From Styela clava (lineage: Eukaryota), in assembly GCF_964204865.1 (NCBI RefSeq), contig NC_135253.1:17670001-17734000 (forward strand): DNA of 64,000 nucleotides, given 5' to 3'. The notes under the pieces were generated by a model. The model saw nothing but the letters and a program-made list of their open reading frames with translations. It ran no database searches and had not been told where the DNA came from. Numbering within the stretch: the stretch's first letter is position 1; every line of letters begins with the position of its first letter. Of the stretch, positions 50,831 to 62,103 are shown in pieces. The position numbers and the translations under genes were made by a program.

Positions 50831-53800
50831 ATGGCTGATGTTGAAGGAATGATTCGTGCAAGACAAATACAAGATGAAGCTTTAGCAGAACTAGATGCAA
50901 AGGTTAAAGCCTGGTAATGATAGAATTGGATTTTCATATTTATTTCAGAGAGAGGAAAGTTGATATCACGGCTTAGTCATAGGGCAACCACGGGCTCTCG
51001 TCTGGTTACCAGTCAATGCCAGATTGGGATTTTTTAACCAGTAATTTGTTTCAGATGCATGGACTTGATGGTGGAGGAAGCAGTAACCAACCAGCGATTA
51101 CCTAACCATCCTAAGGCGGCAAGAAGTGTCCAGCAATCCTCTCACACATAATTATCTTCTAAAGATAATGAACTTGTGCAGGGAAATCAGAGGAGTATGG
51201 CAAGCGTTTTCCTAACACTTAGCATATAGACGCTAACTTTGACATTTTACAATTCATTTGCAATCCATTAATGTTATAATGCGATTTTATTATTTGTTTT
51301 CTTACAGCAAGGAATCAATGAAGAATTATGAACATTTGTCTGGGAGAATCACAACATTGCCTGATAAGTTATCCCATCCAGTCATGGTAATATACACAAT
51401 ATTGCTTCGTATAGGAATGTTGTGCATGATACTTGATAAATATTTGAATGTTTCTTTTATCCAGGTTCCATTTGGAAAACTTGCATTTATGCCTGGCAGA
51501 TTGGTACACACAAATGAACTACTTGTACATTTAGGAGATGCATGGTTCACAACTGTCTCATGTAAAAAGGTATTTGGTTTATTTAATGTTATTCATTGAG
51601 AACATTTTAAACGAAGGGTTTGAGAGTCTGAGACAAAATTTTACATCCCAATTCGAATTCAGGCCAAGCTGAAAAGCAACTCCCAACTCAGATTTAGATA
51701 TTTATTTTCGTCTTGCAACAAGCATTGTGCCTATGAACAAAAAAAAAGATTAAATGAATTCATCTAATAAAAACATACAATATTTGAACTGCAAAGGACG
51801 AGGGGTTGCGAAAAAGACTTTTTCAGAGTCATCGAGCAACACTTACAACAATTCATGGTTGACAAATAATTTGACACTGAGTAGGCTCCAGGCCCAGAAA
51901 TGCAATTCCAGTTTAGAGTCCAGTATCAATAAAAACGTGCAAAACTCCAAAGCCTGGGTATATGTATTCTTTATGACAATAAGCAAATATTGGTCATAAC
52001 CTTGTCCACATTTACCAATGAAATGATAACGGTTATAAATCTTTCATTTAGGCTTTGGAAATTGTTGAAATGCGACAGAATAATTTGAAAGATACTTTGA
52101 TTGATTTAGAAAAAGTGACAACAAACATAAAAATGAAAAGTGAATATCTCGGTGATATTGCAAAAGCAGCTGAAGAGGAGTTTGAAATTAAAGAGGTAGG
52201 AATATATCTTAGCATTACTCTTTGGAACTAAAGGTACACACTTTTGGTCCTTAATCGTATATTGCAATCACTAGTGTACATAAGGAAGGCATTGCTGTAT
52301 TGTGGCCAATACTTCCATATTATTATGCTAAAAAATTGGTAACATTTTTGTTATATTGGCTTAGATTTTGTAATCTCCCTTTTACATGGTTTTATCTCAT
52401 TGGTTAATCAAGTCTCCATCTGACGATAATGTGAAATGCTTTTAGGAATGTCCAGAGAACTATGTCCATCCCAAGGATCGAAAAAGAGTGAGCAGGGTGA
52501 AAGATGAAAAATCAGAATCAGATTCACCTGAAGTCAAAAATCAAGATGATAAAGTATGCACCATTCTTGTTGATATATAAACTTAGTGCTGTTATCAGCA
52601 ACTAATTTTTTGACTAATGTTTGATTCAGTTAATAAATGAGAAACATGAAGATCTTCTCAAAAGACTTGATGAGCTTGAGTTATTAGAGGAAGAAGAAGA
52701 TGGAATAAATAGGTTAGTAAATTTTTTTGATTTCTTGTTGTTTTATTCAGATTCACTATTTGGCATTTGGTAAAGCATTGGTATAGTAGTATCAAAAAGA
52801 CCTTTGTTTGTTTTAACATACTATTAGAATAAATGGCGCTCCGGAAGTGTATGTACCAATATGGAGGTAACTAATTTTGTTCGCCTGCTTTCAAGTTGAG
52901 CAGCGTCAAGTTGTGTAAAGGGACTGAAACCTATGGGCACTTGGCTAACACAGACAGTCCCCGAACTTGTAATAGGACTAAAATAAGGAAAATTGGAATA
53001 AAATTATGGCCTAATCTGGTACATACACTACGGTAGTACCGAATAAATACGTAGTAGGACTTAACTATGATGGGATTGCAATTAGAGATCCTGGGTTCAA
53101 ATTCTATGCCCACGTAGGGTGTAATAAATTGTGTGTAGTCAATGCAGAAGCAGTAAGTTTACGGTCAGCGTTCTCTCTAAGGTGTGCGCGCGCACACAGC
53201 TTTCAGAGGCAGCGCACACGCATATATTTACTGCGCACAGACGTATTTCGATGTAATGTAACAATGTTCTCGGTTGGCAGGTTGAGAAAGTTTGTTGTTG
53301 GCCCACCTATTACCCGGTTAGAACGCCAAAATTTCTTATTGGTTTTTGCACAAATATTAGTCATTTCCAAAAAAGTGCGCACACGCCTAAATTTCTGCGC
53401 ACACATACTACAAAAAGTTAGAGGGAACAATGATTTCGGTCTCTCCAAATACTGTATAATAGCTTATTCTGTATTAGTGGATGGTTGCATAGAGCCTAGT
53501 TCAAAGGTGAACCTTTTCATATTTTAAAATTGTCCATTCTAATCACAGTTCAGAGAGTGATGATGAATATATTGACTCGGATGATAGTGACTCTTCGATA
53601 GAAGAAGAAAATCAACAAAAAATCAAAAAAGTTTCTTTTAATGATGAATCATGTAACAAACCTCAATCATGTACAATACGATTCCAGCACACTGCCAAGG
53701 TGATGACGATATAACTGTTGCTAAATAAATTGGAGATTCACATTTGTAATTAATAATATACAGTAATGTTATCTTAGTTGTTCCCTGGATATTTGTTGGG

Positions 53801-54889
53801 AAGGTTTTTTTGCAAAAATATGGTAGGTTTCTATAAAAAAACATCTCATGGTAATTATTTCCCATGTCATCCTTAGTTATTTTATTTGTTGTAGCCCAAA
53901 GGTTAGAGCGCTAGACTTAACTCAAATGCTTATCATCTCATAGATGCAATGTGAAATCGGAAAGATCCAATCCTTCCAAAAACTCCCAAGCGAATGCTCT
54001 AGTTCCTTTTGTGAAGGAAGGTGTGTAAACACCTCATAAAAAATGTAAAAGTTTGCTATTGGCATGTCGAAACTAATATCATAGTCAACAATGAAATAGT
54101 TGAATAACCTGAAATCTTTCCCTTCGCATTTCTCTTTCCAACAATGTCTTTACTTCAAGGTAATTTCTATTTTTAAGGCTCATTCATCAAAAAGCAACCA
54201 TGAATTAACGCCAGGAGATGTTCACAAGCTTGTTAAACAACCACAATCAAAATCTATATTAAAGAAGACTAAACACGATGAATCACCAAGCTCAAGTCAT
54301 GCAGTGCAATTGGTATGTTTTAGAAAAGTCTTCAAGATACAGATCTTTGAAATATTTCTTTAAATAGACTCCGGACATTTGTACAACATTATAGGAGAAC
54401 AGGTCTTTACACAAAACAGTGCAATTGATTGGTAATCATCTTGCATAGCTGCCGTCTACATTGCAACCCTTTATGGAAGAGGCCATTCATAAGGTGATTG
54501 GGACCATATCTATCTCTTACCCTCCAACTGTTCTGCAGTCTCATAGATTTATTTTTTATTTATGTGCCATATTACCCTTGTCATATGTTTTATGTAGACT
54601 TTTTTAGCAGATGCTGGAGTATTAACCTTTTGCAAAGATGTGGAGAATGCTATGTTTATTTGCTATATAATGATGTGTGAAGATTTTATATGTACTACTA
54701 AATTATTCAGTCTCTTTGTATTTATGGCCCGAATTGTATCAATTTACAATAGTATCTTTTCAGGGAACAGCAGTTTCTGATATTGTGGTTGAAAGGGAAG
54801 TTGAAGTTCATGAAGAAATAAAGACAACTATGCAGACAAGAACTTCAACTAAGCCAGTTTCTAAGTTTAAAGCTGGCCGGAGAAAATGA
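50831..54889 (+). CDS. URI1: Unconventional prefoldin RPB5 interactor URI1 (~337 aa), exons 50831-50913, 51308-51386, 51465-51569, 52052-52195, 52446-52553, 52630-52712, 53549-53699, 54178-54312, 54764-54889
   Basis: Prefoldin-alpha domain (LPDKLSHPVMVPFGKLAFMPGRLVHTNELLVHLGDAWF), LLKRLDELE, an acidic stretch, IRFQHT, KSILKK and the C-terminal URI box VSKFKAGR. Exon phases are consistent. Confidence 0.92.
50948..51155 (-). mobile_element. SINE family copy (longest in window); opposite-orientation fragment at ~60735-60830
   Basis: Shares GAGAGGAAAG...CCACGG.CTCTCGTC.GGTTACC with 26404 and 46461, and TTTGTTT.AGAT.CATG.ACTTGATGGTGGA with the reverse complement of 60750-60790. Confidence 0.65.
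53166..53432. mobile_element. MITE with GCGCAC-rich subterminal repeats
   Basis: Imperfect TIR CAGCGTTCTCTCTAA / TTAGAGGGAACAATG, flanked by TTTACGGT / ATTTCGGT. Confidence 0.65.
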
Positions 54890-55687
54890 ATATACATGCT
54901 TAATAAAATTTGCTTGTTGTCTACCACAACTTATTAACTACCCATAAAGGGGGAGCTTCTCAGATACTTTTGTGAGCAGGTTATGTGGTTGTTAAAAACA
55001 CTATCATTAGGTTAGTAAGTTAGTATTAGCATATTTGTATGGCTGCAATTTCTTTGTGAATGTTGTGGTTAAGTTACTCACATCAGTATATTTGGCCATT
55101 CAATGGTACATAAAATAAACTGATAGAGCTCAAAGCACCTGCTGACTTGGATGGATAAGGACGAGCTTACTAGCCACATTCTGTTGATAACAAAGGTGCA
55201 TTTACCTATTGCATATGGGGACTCTCGTTTGAATTCGGTCACTGCGGTTGAAAATTTTCTGGGCCACCGACCAAAAGTATTCCTTAGCCCAATTGTGAGA
55301 AGTGGCTGACCAAACAAAAATATTCACATTGAATGGACAATTCTTAATGATTTCTGTGTAGATTCTTTGGTACCAGACAATTTGCAATATCAGGCACTTC
55401 AACATTTATAGACAAACATTGTACTCATGGAAGCAATTTTACAGTCTTTAAAAAGATGGCAACTTTATTAACATTCAACATTGGAATAGCGATTGTCAAC
55501 TTACCCATTGCCATATTCTACATGCTGTCATTCACTCACACCTATATGATTTGCATTACTTTTCTTTTATGGTTATGGTGTGATGTGAATGATCTTTCAG
55601 GACACTTACAGTAACACCAAAACAAAGTTGGTCCGCTGATTTATTGCAGAAATAAGAATAAACTCAATAAAACATTACATAATTTAA

Positions 55688-58057
55688 CTAAGAATTTTCT
55701 TTTATATTCCTTATGCGAGCTATACTTGAAACCAGTCTTTTTGGAATATCAGTTGATACACTTTCAAATTCACTCTCTGATGATCTTAATAATTTAATTA
55801 ACAAAGCGATATCCTTGAATACTGGTAATCCAAGGGAATCGACAACATTTCCCATATAATCTAAATCTGCTGCAAGCTGTCTCGCAGTATGTATTGTCAG
55901 TGAAGGGATCTGTAGGCACGCTTCAACATAGGTATGCTCAGATGCTCTCACTATAGAAGTTAGCCACCGGTCCGCCATGTTGTTGACATCAGACTTCTCA
56001 TCTTCTAGTGAAAAGGGCAATTTGGCTGTGTGCAAGGCAGTTTCCATTGCGCTCAATTCCCCATCTCCTTCACTTAATCCAGCGGCCAATGGCTCTAAGT
56101 GCTGCGGCAATGTCATCAGGTACTGACCAATAGTAGTGGCATACTCTGTCGGAGGCAAACTAAAAGCTGGCAACTCAGAATTGTCCACAAGCTCGGCAGG
56201 TGTGTTTACATTGCTCCATATTTCCAACTGTGGAATAAGGGCTAATTGTTTACGAATCTGGGCAAAAGCAATATCGAATGCGAGTTGATGGGACTGCTGA
56301 TTGAGATGCATGAGAGATTGCTTTACAGTCGGAAGCAAGGAGCGTTGTGATGGTGGCGACTGCTTCAGGCTCACCAACATGTCTTGCAGCTTTCTGTATT
56401 CTTTTTCATCAACTCTCTTCATATAATTATATAACACCCAAGTTGATTCTTGCTTCGATGCAACAACAGATGCTTCATCAGTTTGTTCAAACTCAAGCAA
56501 CCCTGCCAAAGCAATTTCAGCACATTTAGATCCTAAAATATTCGACATCAATTTTTGTTCAAAATCTGAAAACGATTGTAGCAGTTTGCCACATGTTGTA
56601 ATGATACGCAACGAATGTTGGAACAAAGAATAATAATGATCTTCGCTTATTTCCAAATCACCAGAATCTTTCTTATTCAGCCCATATTGTAGAATTACAG
56701 TTCGTAATGCTCTGGAAAACTTGTCCGTGTAGCTATGAAAAAAAGTATTCAACGGAATGATCAAATCTTGTGAGCCAAGATAACCTGTTAGCTTGTCACA
56801 CTGCTTTACAGCTTCTGTAGCTATTACAAAAACCTTGTCTGCAGAGGTAGATAGGACTTGTGTTAAATCCATTAAATCGCCAGCATCCATAACAACCTCA
56901 CTCAATTTGGTCATGAGAACTTCGTTTTCCAATTCCTTATAATTAATTTGGAATTCCGCAAAAGGCATCCACAGAGCATCTGCTAAATTTTCAGATAATT
57001 TTTTGTCAATTTTATGTGACATAGGAAAACCACATGAAGTCTCTACAGATTCTTCTAAATTTATTGCAAATTGTTTAGCAATTCCATGCAACTCTAACAA
57101 TGGCTGGAGCTTTGGTCCATCAGCTGCTTCTAATGCACTTGTAATAACATCTATGAAGCCTGGTTTTGTTAGAGCCATCAGTTGTACTAAAAGCTTAAGA
57201 ATTATTATGGTTGCATTCATGGAACCAAAAACGGTGCGGCACCATGGCAATTGACCATGCCAAGTTGACAATAGCAAATCAAACAATTCCTTCATAATTA
57301 CAATGTTAGATTTATCGTCTTCATTTGAAATGATTTCTTGCCATTGATTGGTTAGATTAGAACTGTATGTTTTCACATAGTATTTATGAAGCTCAGATTC
57401 TCTACCAATAGTGGAAAATATTTTTTGTAGCTTCTTCGCATCTTCTGTGTTATGTTGCATAAAAGCAGCTACTGCTTGAGGACTAACTTGAGATTCCAGT
57501 CTATTTTTGAGTGCTTCCAAGTGCATTACTTTGTCATCATAATCTGGACTATCTTTTAGAATTTCCAAGCTGTTTTGCATACTTTTCAACCTAACTGCAA
57601 TCGTGTAGGAATCTCCTGATCTGAAAACATCTTCAATTGCTGCAGCAAGACTCGACCAATTATCAGCTTCTTTGAGAGCTGAACATGAGCGCTCAACTCG
57701 ACTTCGGACTTGATCAGTCAGCACAAGAACTTTCATTGTATTGGAAGTCTTTTTCTCTACATCATGAATATCCTCTTTTACTTGTTGCATTTGCTGTTTC
57801 AAGTACGAAGCTTCCTGTTTAAGGGCTTCCACATCTCTCAGTACTCTGGGCATTGAATTCACAACTTGTACTGACATTTCTTCTAATGATTTGTTGACTT
57901 CTTGAATAAATACTTGGAGCTTGGTGACCAGTGTAGCAGCATAAACATCTCTTTTATTCTGTGCGACAGCCCCCACGTCATCTTGATGTGCTTTAAACGC
58001 ATTGTTTACCCAAGTGTTAACATTGAAATCCTCATCCAGAAATTTGGAAAAATCCAT
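55688..58057 (-). CDS. COG7: Conserved oligomeric Golgi complex subunit 7 (789 aa, intronless CDS)
   Basis: MDFSKFLDEDFNVNTWVN...LVTKLQVFIQEVN...MPRVLRDVEALKQEA and C-terminal LPAFSLPPTEYATTIGQYLMTLPQHLEP. The true start is most likely the ATG at 58057 rather than 58087. Confidence 0.95.
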   Translation of the reverse strand: MDFSKFLDEDFNVNTWVNNAFKAHQDDVGAVAQNKRDVYAATLVTKLQVFIQEVNKSLEEMSVQVVNSMPRVLRDVEALKQEASYLKQQMQQVKEDIHDVEKKTSNTMKVLVLTDQVRSRVERSCSALKEADNWSSLAAAIEDVFRSGDSYTIAVRLKSMQNSLEILKDSPDYDDKVMHLEALKNRLESQVSPQAVAAFMQHNTEDAKKLQKIFSTIGRESELHKYYVKTYSSNLTNQWQEIISNEDDKSNIVIMKELFDLLLSTWHGQLPWCRTVFGSMNATIIILKLLVQLMALTKPGFIDVITSALEAADGPKLQPLLELHGIAKQFAINLEESVETSCGFPMSHKIDKKLSENLADALWMPFAEFQINYKELENEVLMTKLSEVVMDAGDLMDLTQVLSTSADKVFVIATEAVKQCDKLTGYLGSQDLIIPLNTFFHSYTDKFSRALRTVILQYGLNKKDSGDLEISEDHYYSLFQHSLRIITTCGKLLQSFSDFEQKLMSNILGSKCAEIALAGLLEFEQTDEASVVASKQESTWVLYNYMKRVDEKEYRKLQDMLVSLKQSPPSQRSLLPTVKQSLMHLNQQSHQLAFDIAFAQIRKQLALIPQLEIWSNVNTPAELVDNSELPAFSLPPTEYATTIGQYLMTLPQHLEPLAAGLSEGDGELSAMETALHTAKLPFSLEDEKSDVNNMADRWLTSIVRASEHTYVEACLQIPSLTIHTARQLAADLDYMGNVVDSLGLPVFKDIALLIKLLRSSESEFESVSTDIPKRLVSSIARIRNIKENS

Positions 58058-59071
58058 GACGTCACTAATATAACTATAATTTATCATTAGCGAACAAGAA
58101 AGAATATTTTAAGTTTAATAAAGCACACAAAAGTGATAGCATTGCAGATTGTGATCCTAGATTGTTACGAACCATATACATGAGCCAATAATTTATTTTT
58201 GAAAAAACATCAAACTCACACTCATGAATTGAAATAATGAAAAATAATATTATGTGCTATATCAACTGGAGGAAATAAAATTAACATAACACGAATGCAG
58301 AACTGAAATACGAATTGAGCATGTTATGATTAAACTTGGTAGCTTCATGGGTAATATTTTTCTCACATACAGAGCACTTCTGAATGTAATGAGAAAATTG
58401 TTATCAACATCGTTTGAAAAACATGCTGAAAAAATAGCAATTTTCAAAATTACCTTATTGAAAAAAAAATATTTTCAGCCAAATAACATGCTTGAAATCC
58501 TTTTTATTAGTCAGTACACATTTTAAAATTGCTTGTAGGTGGGAATATCCAGTTTTAAATAGTTTAGATCAAATTTTCAAGTCTATATGATTGAATTATT
58601 CAACAAAAACATCAGCAATCTATGTAACAATAGACAAAACATACATAAAATATCGAGGTCGACTATTTTGACAAGAATGTTGTTGAATTCAAGTTAATCA
58701 GGTTCATATTAGAAATAGATTCGTATCAAGTTGTACATATTCATATTAAAGTCATGAATTTATTCTGCAGAAATTCATTGAAAACAATATTTTCAAGTTT
58801 TTCAAAAATATAATTGGCATTTATTTTATATTTCATTTACAACATCTAAGAGCATGTTTAAATTCAATGAAATTTATATTGTAGTTTTAAAATTGGTATA
58901 ATTACGGTAAGTTTCGGATCACTAAACTGGGTTGAAGAGAAAATTATTTGCCATTCACAAATGAAGTATTACACAAAAAAATTGCGAATATACTTTTTTT
59001 TTCCAATTGGAGATTCTGGAAACAATTTTTATACATGGAGAGAAAGATAGAACCTATTTTAAAATTTACAT

Positions 59072-60007
59072 TCAAGATCCTGCAGCTTGTGCTTTCCCTA
59101 CATCACTAATGCAAACCCATTGTCCATCAAGGCTTTCTTTCCATAAGGATACTTTATTATCTCCCCCAGATACAGCAAGAATATCTCCAGTAAGAGACCA
59201 ACTTACATGCCATATGACATCATCAAATTTGTTCAACACACTTTGTGTCCATCTTGTCCCTACTCCATCATTAGTCCAAATAATGACTCGACCATCTTGG
59301 CAGCAACTTGCAATCTTACTTTTAGGGAGACCAATCGATGGAGCCCACGCAACGTCTCTCACCCAATCATTATGGCTTTCTAGTTTCGCTTCTTCTTGCC
59401 AACCTATGCCTTCTTTTTCGCACCAAATTTTGACTAAATTGTCGCATCCACCCGAAACAAATCTTTTTACTTGTGAATCTTTGTTAGCATTTGAAGGTGG
59501 TTCTACTAATGAACCGGGAACCACAGCTGGTGCCCAGCTTACAGCATTACAACCAATAGTGTGCGCATTGGGTATCTTTGCTGCCTCCCAAGTACCACCT
59601 TCAGTATATGTGAGGACAGAAATTGAACCATCTGATGAACCGCACGCCAGAATCAGTCCCACCTCATGTGGCGCCCAACACACAGAGTTAACTGATGAAT
59701 CGTGATCACCATATTCATAATACTTCGTCCATTGACCATTCATTTCCTTCCATATTATGACCTTTCTGTCATAAGAACAAGATGCCAATATGTTACCGTA
59801 TTTAGGATGTGCCCAAGCAACTTGCCATACCGGTCCTTCATGCCCCATAAGTGTGGTTATCAGGCGCTGGGTGTTATTTTTGACATCGAACACTTTCACT
59901 GACCTGTCAGATGAACAAGTCGCTAAATGCACACCATAATAGTCCAATTGCGCATCGTGTATCATGTCCTCGTGTGAGGTATCTACCGTGTTTATAACAG
60001 ACACCAT
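59072..60007 (-). CDS. SEC13: SEC13 (COPII / nucleoporin / GATOR2 WD40 protein), intronless CDS
   Basis: MVSVINTVDTSHEDMIHDAQLDYYG..., GHEGPVWQVAWAHPKYG and HNDWVRDVAWAPSIG. Confidence 0.98.
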   Translation of the reverse strand: MVSVINTVDTSHEDMIHDAQLDYYGVHLATCSSDRSVKVFDVKNNTQRLITTLMGHEGPVWQVAWAHPKYGNILASCSYDRKVIIWKEMNGQWTKYYEYGDHDSSVNSVCWAPHEVGLILACGSSDGSISVLTYTEGGTWEAAKIPNAHTIGCNAVSWAPAVVPGSLVEPPSNANKDSQVKRFVSGGCDNLVKIWCEKEGIGWQEEAKLESHNDWVRDVAWAPSIGLPKSKIASCCQDGRVIIWTNDGVGTRWTQSVLNKFDDVIWHVSWSLTGDILAVSGGDNKVSLWKESLDGQWVCISDVGKAQAAGS

Positions 60008-60483
60008 ATTGCAGTATTAGAATCGGACAGTCGGCGAGAATGGAAGCCTGCAAGCGCAAATAAAACCAAAACCTGAAAACGGTGATCAGCTAAAACGCGA
60101 GACACGTAGCAAATGATGGCAAAATTGAGTTGTGCTGTGCTGAATCCGATTAAGCGTGACGTGGATGGAGCAATTCCACAGACAATAAATTTTGTCTATT
60201 ATCATGTACACGTAGATTTATAAACGATAAAAAATTTTTTAAGTCAATCTTATATTATGAATATGTCTGAAATTTACTTATCAATTAGTATACCCAACAA
60301 AATTTTCAATTCCGGATCAGAAAACATCAGACTCCTGATCAATAAAACGCTATTCTTAATTAGGCTTATGCCCCCTACCGGAATTCTAGCGTATTTTCGG
60401 CACAGTTAAAGTAAACTGTTGTTACTTTTGGCTGTCGACTTTGTGTGTTATAAAAGTAAGTATTGTCGAAAAGGGGTTACAGT
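60008..60483. promoter_or_regulatory. Bidirectional promoter SEC13 / EMC7 with UPRE-like TGACGTGG (60157-60164)
   Basis: Divergent ATGs 477 bp apart and a CpG-containing stretch. TGACGTGG plus two further ACACGT cores at ~60102 and ~60208. Confidence 0.6.
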
Positions 60484-61847
60484 ATGTTGTACTATGCGCT
60501 GACATGCTTGTTAGGATTACTTATTACCAGAGGCGAAGGATACAAAATTGAAGGAAAAGTAGTTCTTCCCCCAGATGGAAATAAGCAGTGGGTGAATGAT
60601 ATTCAAGTACTTGTCGATGGTGGAAAATATAGAGGATATTTGAGGTAACTTTTGTACTACACTCATGTATTTGAACAATGGGCAGAATTTTACTCAACAA
60701 TAAATTAATGCTTCAACTGAAAGTGGGATAATCGAGTTACCCGGTTATGGTTCCATCCACCATCAAGTTCATGAATCTAAACAAATAACTAATACCATAC
60801 CGATACCCGGGGTAAATCCTATCTCATCACCAATAATTGCCTAATAAGAATACCAGTAGCTTAGTTCTAATCTAATCCTGTATCTGTGTACATTTGAAAC
60901 ATTGGTTTCCCCATTCTGGAACCGAATAAATTTTATCTCCCTGTGATCTTTGACTCGACTCCGTATTGCAAAACTTGACAAAACTCTTAATGTGCCGTAT
61001 ACTGATTCATGCTTTATTGCCTTTACCTAGTAATGAGTAGAGTTAGGTTAATTTTTTTTTCTGTGTTTACAATATTTTAATGCATTTAGGACCGATGGAA
61101 CATTCACTGTCCACAATGTTCCTACTGGATCTTATGTGGTTGAAGTTTTCACACCAAAATATCTTTTTGAACCTCTTCGTGTTGATGTCTCGATGAAAGG
61201 AAATCTAAGAGCTCGAAAAGTAAATCATTTGAAACCGAGTCAAGTGACATTGGTTAAATATCCATTAGAAATGAAACCTGCAACTTTTGCTCAATACTTT
61301 CAAGTACGGGAGAAATTCAGTATTTTGGATTTACTGAAAAGTCCTATGGTAAGTTGGCAAATAGATTAAAGTAGTATTCTTTACTTTTTTGAGAAAAGAT
61401 TTGCTCAAAGCAAGGTCGTTTACAGGAGATGCATCTTTTAACAAACCTATTGCTACCCAAAATGCCATGATGATTCTGCGCTTATATATAGGCAGATTGG
61501 TGCAAAACTTGAACTCGGCTATCAATTCCACATACTATGTCCATTGTAAATATTTTATGTCAAGTCTTAAACCTTGTATGAGTTGGCTTTTTGACACCTT
61601 TTTTTTATGGTATTTTCAGGTATTAATGATGGTTCTTCCACTTGTTATGCTTGTGATCCTGCCTAAGATGATGAACACTAATGATCCAGAACTCAAGAAA
61701 GAAATGGAACAATCAATGAACATGTTTAACACAAACCAAAGTGGGTTTGATCTGTCAGAGTCCTTATCAAACTTCTTCGGAGGCTCAGATAAGAAAGCAT
61801 TAAAAGCAAAAGACAAATCAGCAGAGGCGAAGAAGAAACGTAAATAG
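60484..61847 (+). CDS. EMC7: ER membrane protein complex subunit 7; exons 60484-60644, 61091-61348, 61620-61847
   Basis: Signal peptide, then [55 protein letters not shown], TM segment PMVLMMVLPLVMLVILPK and a basic C-terminal tail. Confidence 0.95.
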
Positions 61848-62103
61848 GCTGTCTGGCCACATGCTTAATAGCCTGAATGAGATGATTTTTGTTTACATAT
61901 TTTAGACTAGTTCATCATACTGCCCTCATTGGCAGATTCTTATTTATTATCATCAATTAACAAAAAGAGAAAGTTGCATGAAATAAAAATGAAGGGATGA
62001 TAAAAGGGTGCTCTTAAAATAACTGTGCGATATGCCCTCAGATTTGTAATTTATGCTTCCTTGGTGTTCAACTACATTCGAGCAGTGAGAGTGCACATAT
62101 CAT

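Noticed and set aside
50948-51155. Hammerhead or HDV-like ribozyme in the SINE-like repeat
   Set aside because: The CUGANGA...GAAA core and nested pseudoknot pairings were not found.
53890-53975. tRNA gene (GTAGCCCAAAGGTTAGAGCG...)
   Set aside because: Only an A-box-like start, with no intact B box or cloverleaf. More likely a decayed tRNA-derived SINE head.
59007-59705. 232-aa plus-strand ORF
   Set aside because: Antisense shadow of the SEC13 CDS, with no recognisable protein features.
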